A DNA stretch of 64,000 nucleotides, taken from assembly GCF_006345805.1 (NCBI RefSeq), contig NC_042997.1, positions 64,542,001 to 64,606,000 on the forward strand. The letters run 5' to 3'. Each line of letters starts with the position of its first letter. The stretch's first letter is position 1. Made by a program: the position numbers and the translations under genes. The stretch is from Octopus sinensis. Taxonomy: Eukaryota. Shown in pieces: positions 40,339 to 53,555 of the stretch. The notes under the pieces are model-generated. The model was not told where the DNA came from, ran no database searches, and saw nothing but the letters and a program-made list of their open reading frames with translations.

Positions 40339-40670
40339 TGATGTATGCGCGTGTGTGTGTGCGTATTGTCTAAATTCAAGAGTTTCTTTTTGTGGACCTC
40401 GAAGCACATTATGTATTTAGTCTCGCACTAAATTTCATATTTCTACATTTTATTCAGCTAGGAGTTTACGACGCACTGAAGTCTCTTCCACAAATGAGTC
40501 CCGTGCTTGAAAACTGAACCAAACACCGGTCTATTAGAGCTGAGGATTCGAACAGGACATACATTTGACTATAATGCGCGTGTGTGTTGGTATGTGTGTT
40601 CTTGCGTATGCATTTATAAACATACACACGCACCTGCGCATACACACACACACGCACGCACGCACATACA

Positions 40671-40718
<48 letters not shown>

Positions 40719-41124
40719 CTCTTTTTACTCTTTACTCTTTTACTTGTTTCAGTCATTTGACTGCGGTCATGCTGGAGCACCGCCTTTAATCGAGCAACTC
40801 GACCCCGGGACTTATTCTTTTGTAAGCCCAGTACTTATTCTATCGGTCACTTTTGCCGAACCGCTAAGTAACGGGGACATAAACACACCAGCATCGGTTG
40901 TCAAGCAATGCTAGGGGGACAAATACACTCACACAAACACACACAGGCATATATATATATATACACATATATGACGGGCTTCTTTCAGTTTCCGTCTACC
41001 AAATCCACTCACAAGGCTTTGGTCGGCCCGAGGCTATAGTAGAAGACACTTGCTCGAGGTGCCACGCAGTGGGACTGAACCTGGAACCATGTGGTTGGTA
41101 AACAAGCTACTTACCACACAGCCA
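40719..41124 (-). mobile_element. SINE family A, well preserved
   Basis: Clear match to 20578 and 29881; (gagtaaaa)n-type tail. Confidence 0.9.
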
Positions 41125-42147
41125 CATAGATACCCATGCATATATATGAGCATGTATGTATGCATATACCTGCGTGTGTGCAAGGCACGCAAATTAAAGA
41201 AAGAAATAAAAGAAGAGAAAACGAAAGAAAATTAGAGGAAACGCGAAGTAGGATGAGTTGAGAAAAATGGAATTGTAAAAATCGAAAACAAAAAAGTGGT
41301 GGGGATGCAAAATATGTGCGAAAAATTTGAGTGCTAACAAAGTAATTGGGAGGGGAATGTAGGAACAGAAAAACAGAGCAAAGGGAAGAATTATTAATAT
41401 TATGAAATAACAAAAAAAAAAAGCAAAGTATTAACGAAGAAATAGACAGTGTATATTTAGGAAGGCCGACTGCCAGCGTAGCTTTATGGTGATTATGATG
41501 ATACGGAAAATAATGAAAGATAAATATATTGTTGTTGATAATGCTGCTTGCTGTTGACATGATCAAATGTAACGAGTTGTAGCGTGCTTAGTACTATATT
41601 TTCAGACGTATATTTCTAGGTGGAGGTGTTACGGTTGGTTTTGAAATTGATTTGGCTTTTGTTTCTATAGTGTCGCGGCGACAGGCAGCCAAATACTTGT
41701 TGTTGTGTCTTGGAAGAATTCGGATTAATGCGAAAAGAGTGGAAAACCTAAATGGGGTGTCTTTAAAAAGAGATAGAACGTGAAATACTATTTTGGTGGA
41801 GGGTGCATTCCAAGATAGCTGAAAGAAATATAGACCGAAGAGAAATAAATAAATGGAGATAGAAATGTGTATATTAGTAAGGAGAAAAAACGGAGAGTAG
41901 CGAAGTGGGGAGAAGAGCTAATGTTAAACTAAAAATTGGAAAAAAAGAAAAAAAACGAAATCTATGATTAATCAATGCCTGAGAAATACTTTATAACTAA
42001 TAAAGTTACATAAAACAGAAATGGGTTGAACAACCACAGCTCTTCAACTCTTGCAAAAACTGTAAAGTTCACTTCCACATTCTTCACAAATTTTTTTCTC
42101 AGTTTTTGATCTTTTTTTATATTTATTTAAACTTCTCGGCGATATAT

Positions 42148-42366
42148 ATTTCTTTACTGCCCACAAGGGGCTAAACATACAGGGGACAAACAAGGACAAA
42201 GGAATTACAATGACCCCAGTTGCAAAACTGGTACTTTATTTATCGACCCCGAAAGGATGAAAGGCAAAGTCGACCTCGGCGGAATTTGAAATCAGAGCAC
42301 AACGACAGACGAAATACCGCTAAACATTTCGCCCGGCGCGCTAACGTTTCTGCCAGCTCGCCGCCT
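42148..42366 (-). mobile_element. SINE family B with 16-bp TSD
   Basis: TSD cttctcggcgatatat at 42132-42147 and 42367-42382. Confidence 0.92.
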
Positions 42367-44056
42367 CTTCTCGGCGATATATTTCCTGTAATAGGTGGGC
42401 TTTCCTGATCCGAGATTCACAGATTCACTAAAGCAGGTAACCAGCTTCCTTTTAGCTAATTATCTACGTCATTTTTACGTTCAGGTTATAGATGGTTCAA
42501 GGAGGCTGATCCTGGTGACGTTTGAATGAAGAATGATGGGAGCTAGAATGCAGCCATTCAACCTAACATTTTAAAGTGTGTGTCAATTCACACTGTTAAG
42601 ATTGGTACTTTATTTTATTGTTATTCCCGCAACGATACATATAGTACATTTCACACTAGAATTTGAACCAACAATAACCTGAACATGAAATAACGTGGCT
42701 AATTAACTGAAAGACAGCTTGTTCATAGCTTTAGTAATCTCAGTGAATCTTGGATCAAGGAAGCCCAACTATTAAAGCAAAAATATCAACAGGAACTGCA
42801 AATAGATATATAAAAAATGATCATAAAGTGAAATGAAAATATGTGAAGAAAGCGAAAGTGAAAAAATGTAAGTTGATTAAAAATATCAAAGAATATGGCA
42901 AGTGAGAAAAAGATAAAGTAAAAAAAAAAAGAGCGCAACAGAAAACTGAATGGAAATAGTAACTAATATATAAAAAGAAACATGATAGAAAAAAAATGAA
43001 CGAATGAAAAAGAGTAAGAAACAGGAAAGTAATACATAGAGGGACACAAAAGATGAGCTAAAGAATCAAAAACAAGGAAAGGGAGAAAGTAAGAAATGGA
43101 AAGAAATCGATGAAAAGGAGAATGAAAAACAACAGAGAGAGAAAGAAACAATTTTCATAGTAAATAAACAAATATATAAATAATGAAAGATAGAAATATA
43201 AATGTATATACATATTTACTGAAATAAAGTATGGGTGGAAGAAAAATGAAGGAATTAAGGAAGGAAGCAAAGGAAAATATGTGACAATATCAATACGAAC
43301 GAAGTATAATCAATTAGAAAGAGATAAATATATAAACGAATAAATAATAACAGAAAGAATGAAAGAGAGAACGACAGTCATACAATAATGCATACATATT
43401 CGAAGAAAGGAAGAAAAAATCGAACGAAAAGCAGAAATGAACGAAGAAATGAAAATGAAGAAGGAAGATTAAAGAAAAGCGACACGTGTTTAGGTTTATG
43501 AAGTCGATTGAATCAACTGAATTAAATTATATAGTAATTAAATTTATTAATTTCATTTTGAGGGTAGTGTTTTGAAACCCCGGAAAGATAAAAAGAATAG
43601 CTGCTCACGAGATGAGATTTGAACTCAAAATGCAAGGAAACTAAACCTATTAGTGCATTGCACTTAATACGATATTGTTTTCACTTATTTTAATGTATTC
43701 TTGAATGATAATGTTTGTCATGAAAGAAAATGGGAACTATGTATATAAAATGTGTGTGTGTATGTGTGCGTGTGTGTGTATATTCTTTAAAATATTTTTG
43801 AATGAGATATTTGTGTGTTCATATATGAATACATATGTGTGTAATAAACACACACCGGCATGTATGCTCGTATGCATTCATATAAATCTATATATATATA
43901 AAGCTGACGTTGTCTGTGTATGGCAGGTTTGGTAGCCTTCAACTAACATTATCTCCTCCAAGACCCTGTGGCGCAAGTTGACCAAAATTGAGAGTATGGT
44001 AGAAATAGGCTTGCTCTTCCTTCCGTAGAAGAAACAATTCAAATCAGACCATGTTT

Positions 44057-44504
44057 GGATCTTTTCGGTTTGAACGGCAGTTTTTCCTAGCGGTGTCATA
44101 TGAAATTGTCACCCATAATTATGACCCTAGTATCGATCTATTGCATTTCAATCTGTTTTAGGGTTAGGGTTAGTTAGGGTTAGGGTTAGGGTTAGGATTA
44201 AGGTTAGGGGTGGAGGAAGGGTATCTTTTTTTCTTCAGAAATGTAAATAAACCCAATCTGTTTCTTAAACGAGGAACATATTCATAGGGCACAGAGGATT
44301 TTCAACTCAATAGACGTCATTGATTGGTTGAAATTGCAGAAGTTGAAGAAAAAACAACAAATATATTACAAACTATAGAATTTTTTCAATAAAGCCAAAA
44401 TAAAAAGATGTTTTATAAACACATTCTATCATTATACGAAATTTAAAAGTGCTTAGTTACGTGGAAATTATTTTTAAAAACTCCCGTTCGAACCGAAAAG
44501 GTCC
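44057..44504. mobile_element. MITE with ~29-bp TIRs carrying internal (TTAGGG)n (44158-44210)
   Basis: ggatcttttcggtttgaacggcagttttt / aaaaactcccgttcgaaccgaaaaggtcc; flanks ccatgttt / ccatgtta (7 of 8 identical). Confidence 0.8.
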
Positions 44505-44511
44505 CCATGTT

Positions 44512-44735
44512 AACACAAAAAATTATTTACATCAAAAAGCTGCTTTTTTTGTAGGAAAATCACTATATTTTACGATTTTTTGACTGCTGTGTCGCCATTT
44601 TTCGGTGCATTTCAACCAGAAAAATGTTGACTTAAAGAGAATAACAAGCTACATAATGCAAAATTTTTACTTTTCAAAAATTCTAAATCTAATGGGTCGA
44701 AACAAACCCGAGCAACGCCGGGCGGTACTGCTTGT
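44512..44735 (-). mobile_element. Helentron-like element 5' fragment
   Basis: Minus strand begins acaagcagtaccgcccggcgttgctcgggtttgt, the same terminus as 52797. Confidence 0.6.
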
Positions 44736-44879
44736 ATGAATATAAATATATATGTATGTTAAAGTATTTATATGTATATAAATGTATATACATCTATATA
44801 TATACATATGTGTGTATGAGTGTTTATACATATGTATGTGCGCTTGGGTGTATGTGTGGTGTGTCTGTGTATGGTCTGA

Positions 44880-45000
44880 ATAAAAAGATAAAACCAAGAC
44901 ATAGCGAAAAAACAGCAAACACAATATAGTATGTTGATGCTCAGATAAAGTGGAAGAAGTTTTTAACATTTTGAGCCTATGCCCTTCTACGGAAAGCCTA
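44880..45000 (-). mobile_element. PLE-like terminal repeat related to family 1, degenerate HHR-like motif (44961-44996)
   Basis: Minus strand: cttt-ccgtagaa-gggc-atag-gctc-aaaatgtt. Confidence 0.45.
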
Positions 45001-45147
45001 CTCGAGGAGAGAAGAAAATGGAAAGAAAAGAACGTTTCCTGTAGTTGCTTTATGAACCCTCCTGTCGTTAAACACGGAGTAAGGTTTCTGATGAATAGCC
45101 CGAATGCTCACATGACTGTCTAGACAACTCACCACGCATATATATAT

Positions 45148-45456
45148 GGAGGCGCAATGGCCCACTGGTTAGGGTATTGGACTCGCGGTTGTAGGATCGC
45201 GGTTTCGATTCCCACACCGGGCGTTGTGAGTGTTTATTGAGCGAAAACACCTAAAGCTCCACGAGGCTCCGGCAGGGCGTGATGGCGATCCCTGCTGTAC
45301 TCTTTCGCCACAACTTTCTCTCACTCTTTCGTCTGTTGGCCTGCTCGCTTAGCCAGCGGGGTGGCGTCATTTAAAGGCTAAAACAATGCGAAGCGCATTG
45401 TGACCAGAGATGCGTAGCAACATCTTATAGCCTGGTCAGTCACGGTGATCACGGTG
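45148..45456 (+). mobile_element. tRNA-derived SINE family D
   Basis: Head ggaggcgcaatggcccactggttaggg...ggtttcgattccc; tail (cacggtgat)2; homologous to 46160 and 54923. Confidence 0.88.
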
Positions 45457-45458
45457 AG

Positions 45459-45495
<37 letters not shown>

Positions 45496-46159
45496 ATTTT
45501 AAACGCTTGATACACTTTCGACAATATCGGGCTGGTATTCCAGCTAATCAGACTGTGAAACCTAGAATTTCTAACGTCTACTCATTTCACGTGTATTTTG
45601 GCTAAATTTCTAAAATTAATTTTGAAAACTCTCTCCCAGTTATTTGCAATTATTAAAGACTTTATGCTATTAAATGGAACTTCTTTCTTATATTCACTCT
45701 AGTCTTGTTTCCGAGAACTCTTTTCATTCAGAAAGTTTGTGTCTCTTTTGATGGGTTCAGATTTCGTGTAGATAATACTTATAATTGTAATGTTAAAGAA
45801 CATGACAATTACCATTATCTGCGTGGTGAGTTGTCTAGACTTAGAATTAGCCGATTATTATTTGCCGAACAGCATGAGTAATATTTTGATATTTGAATGG
45901 CAATGAAAGATACACAACGTACATCTCAGGAAGTTCGATTATACATACGCCCGAAAGTAGACTTCCAACTGAAGAAATACGAGACTGTTGGAAAGTATAT
46001 ATCAGCAACTTGGCGAAAAGATTCGTATGTCAAACGTCGTGTCTGTACATACACATAAAAACGTAATACCTGACACTAACATAAATACATGTCTCCTTAT
46101 ATATACACATGTGTACGTATAATAAATATATATATGTATATATATATAACGATAAACGT

Positions 46160-46461
46160 CGCTCTTTCCAAGCCTAGCCAGAGCCATTGGCCCGGTTTCC
46201 CGGTTTCTGTGGCGTATCTCTTCCCCCCCCCCCCCAGCTGGACGGAATGCCAGTCCATCGCAGCGTTACACAAGAAACAGGAAGAGCGCGTGAGAGAAAG
46301 TTGTGGCGAAAGAGTACGAGAGGGGTCGCCATTACCCCTTGCCGAAGCCCCGTGGAGATTTTAGGTGTTTTCGCTCAATAAAGACACACAACGCCCGGTC
46401 TGGGAATCGAAACCATGATCCTCCGACTGCGAGTCCGCTGCCCTAACTACTGGGCCATTGC
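46160..46461 (-). mobile_element. SINE family D head/body with a different 3' tail
   Basis: Shares the head and gcgaaaacacctaaa...cgccacaactttctctcac with 45148, then diverges. Confidence 0.8.
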
Positions 46462-47004
46462 GTCTCTGTCTGTCTGTCTGTCTCTGTCTCTGTCTGTCTG
46501 TCTCTGTCTCTGTCTGTCTGTCTGTCTGTCTGTATCTCTCTCTCTCTCTCTCTCTCTCTCGCTATATATATATATATTATATATATATATATATATATAT
46601 TAATATGATAATCAATGAATTTCATTAATAGATATTAATGAAAGCGATTCCGTAACCTATATTCACCGCCACTAAAACACTCTGTCTACACATGCGCGCG
46701 CACAAACACATGAACGCATATTCATACATACATACATCTATATATATAAAATGCACATACGTACCTATATTCCAAAATTAACGAATACGTTGCTTCATCA
46801 GGAATATTTGATTAAGCTGAATTAAGGGGGTTCTTCTCTTTATATACCAATTATCAGAAGATATATTTGTTAACGAGGTACTCCTTCGAGATATCAGAAA
46901 GGCTGATTTTAATAACACTTTAAAACTCAAATAAATGCAGGTAAATAACATAAAATACAATAAAATAATGTAAAATAAACTACAATAGGTACAGTTGTAG
47001 TTAT

Positions 47005-47215
47005 GTGGAAAGAAGCTTGCTTCTCAATGGCAGGGTTCAAGGTCTGAGTCTCTGGGCAAACTTCCTCTACTAAAGCTTTATGAGTGGATTCGGTAGACAG
47101 AAACTGAAAGAATCCTTTCATATATAAAATCCTTAGCTCGGTTTTTTCACCTACAAATCTTTCGAGGTGGTGGCCTAACATGGCCGCATCAAATGACTCT
47201 AACAAGTAAAAGATG
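47005..47215 (+). mobile_element. SINE family A remnant
   Basis: gagtggattcggtagacagaaactgaaagaa...catggccgcatcaaatgact. Confidence 0.6.
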
Positions 47216-47446
47216 AGGATAAAAATTCTTTATCCACTAGTTAACAAATACTTCGCCATTGGACCTCCGCAGAGGAGATAGGGAGGTGAAATGCCGAAAG
47301 AAAAGGTTATTTATGCCAACATGAAAATTAAAACAATATAAGCAAAATAGGTTCGTACAATGGTAGTGGGTTAGCAAATACAGTCGTTTTGAGACAAAAG
47401 GAGAAAAGATGTTTGAAGTGGCATGAGGGACCGGTTTCTAATTTCC

Positions 47447-47599
<153 letters not shown>

Positions 47600-47799
47600 C
47601 CGCGCCTACACACACATTTACGCCTATATATTTCAAATATTGCATTCTTTGAATGATAGCCGTAAACTCGATGGAGTGTACTGTGAGTACTGCATATGTC
47701 TTTCAATCCCTATTCTACGTGTATATATACATATATATATGTGTGTGTGTGCGTTTGTGTGTAGGTATATATATATACATACATATATATATATATGTG

Positions 47800-47865
<66 letters not shown>

Positions 47866-48480
47866 TGTGTGCGTGTGTAAACATAGACACACACACACAC
47901 ATATAGGTATATATATTTGTATACAAACGCATTTTTATGGAGAAAGAAAGTTTCAATTTCATATATTTTCTCCAAATTTTGGTGTTAAAACACGCACTGC
48001 TATCGCAGTAATACCCTATCTACAAACAATAGATTGTTGCGTTAGAACTGTTTTAACCATTTTAACTTTAACTGAGTAGTATTCAAGTACTGTTATCTTT
48101 CATGTCAACCTTCGATGTGTGAAACATAGTGAAAATATTCCCATTTAAAGTAATTTATACAACATGTTCTCCATGTTTTAAAAGGTTAGGCTTGATTTTA
48201 TGATCTAGACCGTTGAGTGACCGACCGTGCCGTTTTCGTGTTATTTATACATTTCTGTTGCTGCGGGTGTAGTTCATATACATGATATAGGCGACTCGAG
48301 AGATTTTAAGTTCTGCTTATTTGTAGCGAATATGTGTTTGGTTGATGGATTGAACTGACAAAAGAATTTAGCACATAACACATTTCGTAGAAGTTACTTA
48401 TAATTTTTGTATAAACATTTTCACTTAGGTTCACATAACTTAAACTTCCTTGCGCACTAAGGAGACGCCTGTTTATTGAG

Positions 48481-48545
<65 letters not shown>

Positions 48546-48549
48546 TATA

Positions 48550-48624
48550 TATACAATTAAGGGCTCCTCCCCTTTTTGTGTTCCCAGCACTCGGCATCTT
48601 TATTTAGGAGCCCTTAATTGTATA
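48550..48624. repeat. Perfect 19-bp inverted repeat with 37-nt spacer
   Basis: tatacaattaagggctcct / aggagcccttaattgtata. Confidence 0.9.
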
Positions 48625-48727
48625 ACTACATGAATAATATTTTTCTATATGAATAATATTTTTGTCTTATGACTAATTCGTCTTTTGTGCTGGGCACCTG
48701 GTAGTAAATAATATTACTACCCTTCTT

Positions 48728-48781
<54 letters not shown>

Positions 48782-49289
48782 CCTGGGCTTCAGTGAGAAA
48801 TCTTCCAAGGTACAGTTTGTTTCCCATAATTGATGAATTAATTTCCAAATTGATTTCAACCATATATTTTTAACAACAATATTTATTCAACATAAAGTGA
48901 TAAAGATGTAGATTTGTCTTTTTAGTGAATATAAACGGATACAGAGAAGAGAACGTTTGTTGGTAGAGTTGTCAGTTTACAGGAGTAAATGATTTACTTT
49001 TGTTACTTCCCAATTCCTTCTCTTTCTCCTTAGAAGGTAGAGACTATATTCTGACTTGGGTTCTGTCAGGTATCATATATTCAGACTCCGCAATATATCA
49101 TGACAGCACCCTTTGATTTTATTTTGAGCTTAAAGATAAAGTCAGATTTTTGTGTATGATTATTAAAGCAAGCATGTAAATGATGGTAAGTTTAATCTTA
49201 ACTGAATATGCCCTTGTAAAATTTCCTAAATATTTTATTTACTGTATTCTACAATGACCACACAATTAAATAATTCACACAAAGCTAAG

Positions 49290-50250
49290 ATAATCTTAAT
49301 AAGCCAAAGAAATGAGGTTTCTTGCCTCTTTCATCTGCAACATTTCTAATAACACTACCAAAATCAATTTCTCTACCAGTGCTTGCTGCAATATTCAGTT
49401 TAGCTAAATCAACAAGGCGAATTTAGACGTGGTAGTCTAAGGTTGCTGAAAGATATTTCGGCTGATGCAACGGTAACATGATTTTCCAAGAATATTGTCA
49501 AACTAGCACAAATGTTTGTAAATATATCAGGTAGTCTTCAGTCAGTTAATATAGTTATCGATTCTAAGTGTTTCAGCTCTGGATTTCAATAGTTTGCACT
49601 ATGTAGATGACGGTCAATATATTATTGCTAGCCGTTTCGCCAAAAGCTTTTTTTCATTTTAGTCACTCACGCATTTGTGGGATAATGAAAATTGGGAGTC
49701 AACCAAATAGCAGCATCAAACGTATTTAATGCTGCAATAAAAAATATTAATCAAAACATAAGACTATTTTAGCATACTTCTTTTCCCAAATAGTGTCAGT
49801 GAGAATTTTTTCTCCCTGTTACACTTGCGTCTATGCACTCACGTGAGAGTTTTGAATACTGTTTAAAGAATAGATGCTAAGTCATTGGTGTCGCTTTAGA
49901 TGTTTTTACAATTCTGTAACTTCTCCAGCAGTTAAGGGGGAGTTACATTGGTAGATACATCGATATTCAATATGATATCTATGTCTTGAGTTACTTTAAT
50001 TTAAATAGCTGTAAAAGGTTACACCTTATATCAAGCAGTCCATATTAGAACAGCTGTTTAAAAAGCTTATACTGTGCTTACTTCAATTCTTGTTTTAGCA
50101 GCTAATGTCTAAGAAGATAGATTACAAGTGTTTTGATACGTACATAACAGTCAGGCCCTCTGGTTACTGACATACAATTTGCTAATTTTAAGTAAGTTCC
50201 ATAGTTTGTGCCTGAGAGTACAATTACTAGACTAAGCGGAGTTTTCAACT
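49290..50250 (-). mobile_element. Decayed hAT transposase C-terminus (dimerisation domain at ~49300-49540)
   Basis: FTNICASLTIFLENHVTVASAEISFSNLRL, then after a frameshift RLVDLAKLNI...REIDFGSVI; matches the hAT PVTVASAERSFSKLKL...RL..LAILSI motif. The extension beyond 49560 is tentative. Confidence 0.75.
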
Positions 50251-51147
50251 TAAGCACCTAATTTACTGAATAGAAATAGGTAGGTTTAACAACTCAAACG
50301 AATATAATATACCCGGCAAAATCGCCCTTGTAACATTTGCTGAATACTATTAAGCTGCAAATTCTTGAAAGCTATTGGGAATGATTTATTTTCCAAAAAT
50401 ATAAAACCTATACATTCATGCACAGTAAAAGTTTGGCTTTATTTTAGTAAAAGAAAAATTCTGTCTATATTAACAGCGAGTATAGAAGAATTAATTCGGC
50501 AAAAACACGCATTTCGTTTACCTGTAGACATTATCGATAATGCTTCTTGTATTTTTATAAAACGGACAAACCTTTTGCAACTTCCTTAACTTAACAATAA
50601 TTGCAATAAAGATTTACGCAGCAAATAAATTACACTCTGAGTGTATTGTATGCCATCCATGGAATTACATCTAAACGTGTAAAAATATATTTGTTATATA
50701 AAACAAATCCCACCATTATGGAGCGAAGTACATTCTCTGCTTCAAAGAAACAAAATCATTTCCTCGTCGTAGAGTAGCCGGAGCACGACATAGTCGATAT
50801 CATTGTTTCACAAATCATGCACATGAAATCAATGTTAACTGTGATCATACTACTCAATTATATTCAAAATCATTCATCTATGTATCGCGCTTTTTAAACA
50901 AGTAGACACAATTTGTAAGGCACTGGCAATTTAGCAGGAAATAATACCGGTTATTTATTTTTCTCAAATTAACAAAGCTATTTTCCAAGAAATTTATGTA
51001 TATTTTAATATCCTCTTACTGCGGCGATAATTCTAGATTATTTTGTAAATGAAATATATCGATACTTATATCTTTAAATTTTGAACTGCAAAGTAAAATT
51101 ATTCACTTATTTATGAAACTTGAATTACAATTTTTGAAGGATAAGAC

Positions 51148-51492
51148 ACTTGCGTGGCACCTTAGGCAAGTGTCTTGTACTATAGCCTCGGGCCGACCAA
51201 AGCCTTGTGAGTGGATTTGGTAGACGAAAACTGAAAGAAGCCCGTCGTATATATGTATATATATGTATGTGTGTGCATATGTTTGTGTGTCTGTGTTTGT
51301 CCCCCCAACATCGCTTGACAACCGATGCTGGTGTGTTTACGTCCCTGTAACTTACCGGTTCGGCAAAAGAGACCGATAGCACACGTACTAGGCTTACAAA
51401 GAATAAGTCCTGGGGTCGATTTCCTCGACTAAAGGCGGTGCTCCAGCTTGGCCACAGTCACATGACTGAAACAAGTAAAAGAGTAAAGAGAG
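51148..51492 (+). mobile_element. SINE family A, 5'-truncated
   Basis: ctgcgtggcaccttaggcaagtgtc-like start through gactgaaacaagtaaaagagtaaag. Confidence 0.88.
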
Positions 51493-52645
51493 TAGAATTG
51501 TATAATATATATATACAAAGTTTTTGAACATGGATACATAGGATATCTCGAGGAGTTAAAGTTTAAAGTATGAAATATTCAGAAGGGATACATGTCCAGC
51601 ATTAAATATATCTCACAACTCAGTTCATATATAATAGCACCCATCTATTGACGAGGGGAAATTATCCGTCCGTTTCACAGGAAAAAAAAAATGACCCCGG
51701 TAAAATGCCAAGTAAACAGTTGAAGATTAACAAGTTTCCGAATCCAAGTAAAACATCCAATAAAAGTATCTGTAAGTGTTATTTATGGAAAGTACAATCA
51801 AATATTAATGAACTTGCTTTTGCGTTTCCAGACCTTAAATAGCGGCTGAAATCCCTTATATAGGCCCTGCATATATCTACATATAAGAATGTATGCTGTA
51901 TAGTGTATTCTTATACACAAATTATTGGCTTAATATTTTCATAATTTTTTTTATACATATACCAAGGCCTATTCCCCAATTTTTAGGAGTGGGTGGCCAC
52001 AAAAAGGCAAACAAAGGGCATTTCATTCATAACCCAATTTGAAATCTCTGCAAAATGCAAAGAACATTTCTTTGAGAGAGATTACAAAATGTTTGTATTA
52101 CTATAAAGACAGGCTGTGCACTGTGTGTAAACTTTTCATTATAAATCAGCGAGAAAAAAGATATTCTTAGACAAATAAAACGAAACCTGCAACTCCTCAT
52201 CCCAGCTTATAAATATACATTGTTATAGATAATTATTGGTGCAAGATGTTTTGTTGCTCTGTATTTATTTAGATGCCTGGTATAGAAGGATTTTCCAGAC
52301 AAAGAGACAATCTGATTCGCATCCTGAAAATTGTATATGTAAGCAGAACAGCAGAAATATGCAAAACACTGCATATGATAATTCTTTCATGCTTCTCTTA
52401 TCTAAATTCCTGTAATGGAACATTGTTTCGAAGAAACCGACCACTTTATTCAAAGGAATATTTCAAAGAATGAAAAAATAAAGATCTATATATGAGTGTG
52501 TATGTATGTATGTTCATGTATGCGTGTGCATGTATATGTGAATATTCTTCAAAATACATACGTTATACATATGTTCCCCATCATATAGAGACATATACAC
52601 AAATTTACATACATGCATAATTCTTTCCACATACAAATCGTTACA

Positions 52646-52687
<42 letters not shown>

Positions 52688-52689
52688 TA

Positions 52690-53507
52690 CTGGGGTTGGA
52701 CAAAATAATGGAAACACATATCATCATAATATCATAATTTTGAAATATCTATAAAACAGGCAAAAGCTTGTTTATTTTTATGTTGTTTTATCTGTTACTA
52801 GCAGTATCGCCCGGCGTTGCTCGGGTTTGTAAGGGAAATAACTATATAAGCATTTTTAGAGAGTTACTTCCCTTATAGATGCCAATTCGGGCTTTCTTAG
52901 CCATTTCTGTTTTGGTGTCTTCAAGCCATGAAGTCGTTGTTCTAAAAGAACGCTGGTCTCCTTGACAACGCTTTACGACGTTGATTTCCTTACACTCCCT
53001 TCCCCACAGCTTCACGAGGGAGGGAAGAAGGGGGAGAAGCAAACAGGTGCAGGTGTGACCATGGACGCCAACTCCGCCGCCATCGACACACGAAAAATTA
53101 TGCATTATAATGGAATAAAAAATGATGTTAAATTATTTTTAAAATCGTAGACTCATCGTAGACGCGCTCGACGGGCTCGATATGAATCACGACTATAAGA
53201 TACCCGAATTTGGTTAAACTGCACCGCAAAATGTGGGAGTAGTTAGGAATCTAAATCGAAGGGGACAGACACTCACACAACTACAGTTTTATATATATAG
53301 ATTAGCGTCGCTTAATACGTTTTGCTAAAATTGCTGTTTCTTTTCAGATATCATCAGGAAAAGGTAATTTAAATTCATTAAACAACAGATCTATCGGACT
53401 TTCAAACAGGTCAAATTGTTGGCGTTCGTGTGGCAGGCGCTAGCGTAGCGAAAACAGTCGAAATGTTTGATATATCGAGAAGTACTGACTCAAAAGTAAT
53501 AACAGCC

Positions 53508-53555
<48 letters not shown>

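Noticed and set aside
44158-44210. TTAGGG array as a true telomere or fusion site
   Set aside because: Short, degenerate and enclosed by MITE TIRs.
45083-45110. CTGATGA followed by cgaat
   Set aside because: GAAU instead of GAAA, and no supporting stems.
48920-49069. Plus-strand micro-exons (EYKRIQRRERLL; GRDYILTWVLS)
   Set aside because: Would need a 49-nt intron or end in an immediate stop; no independent support.
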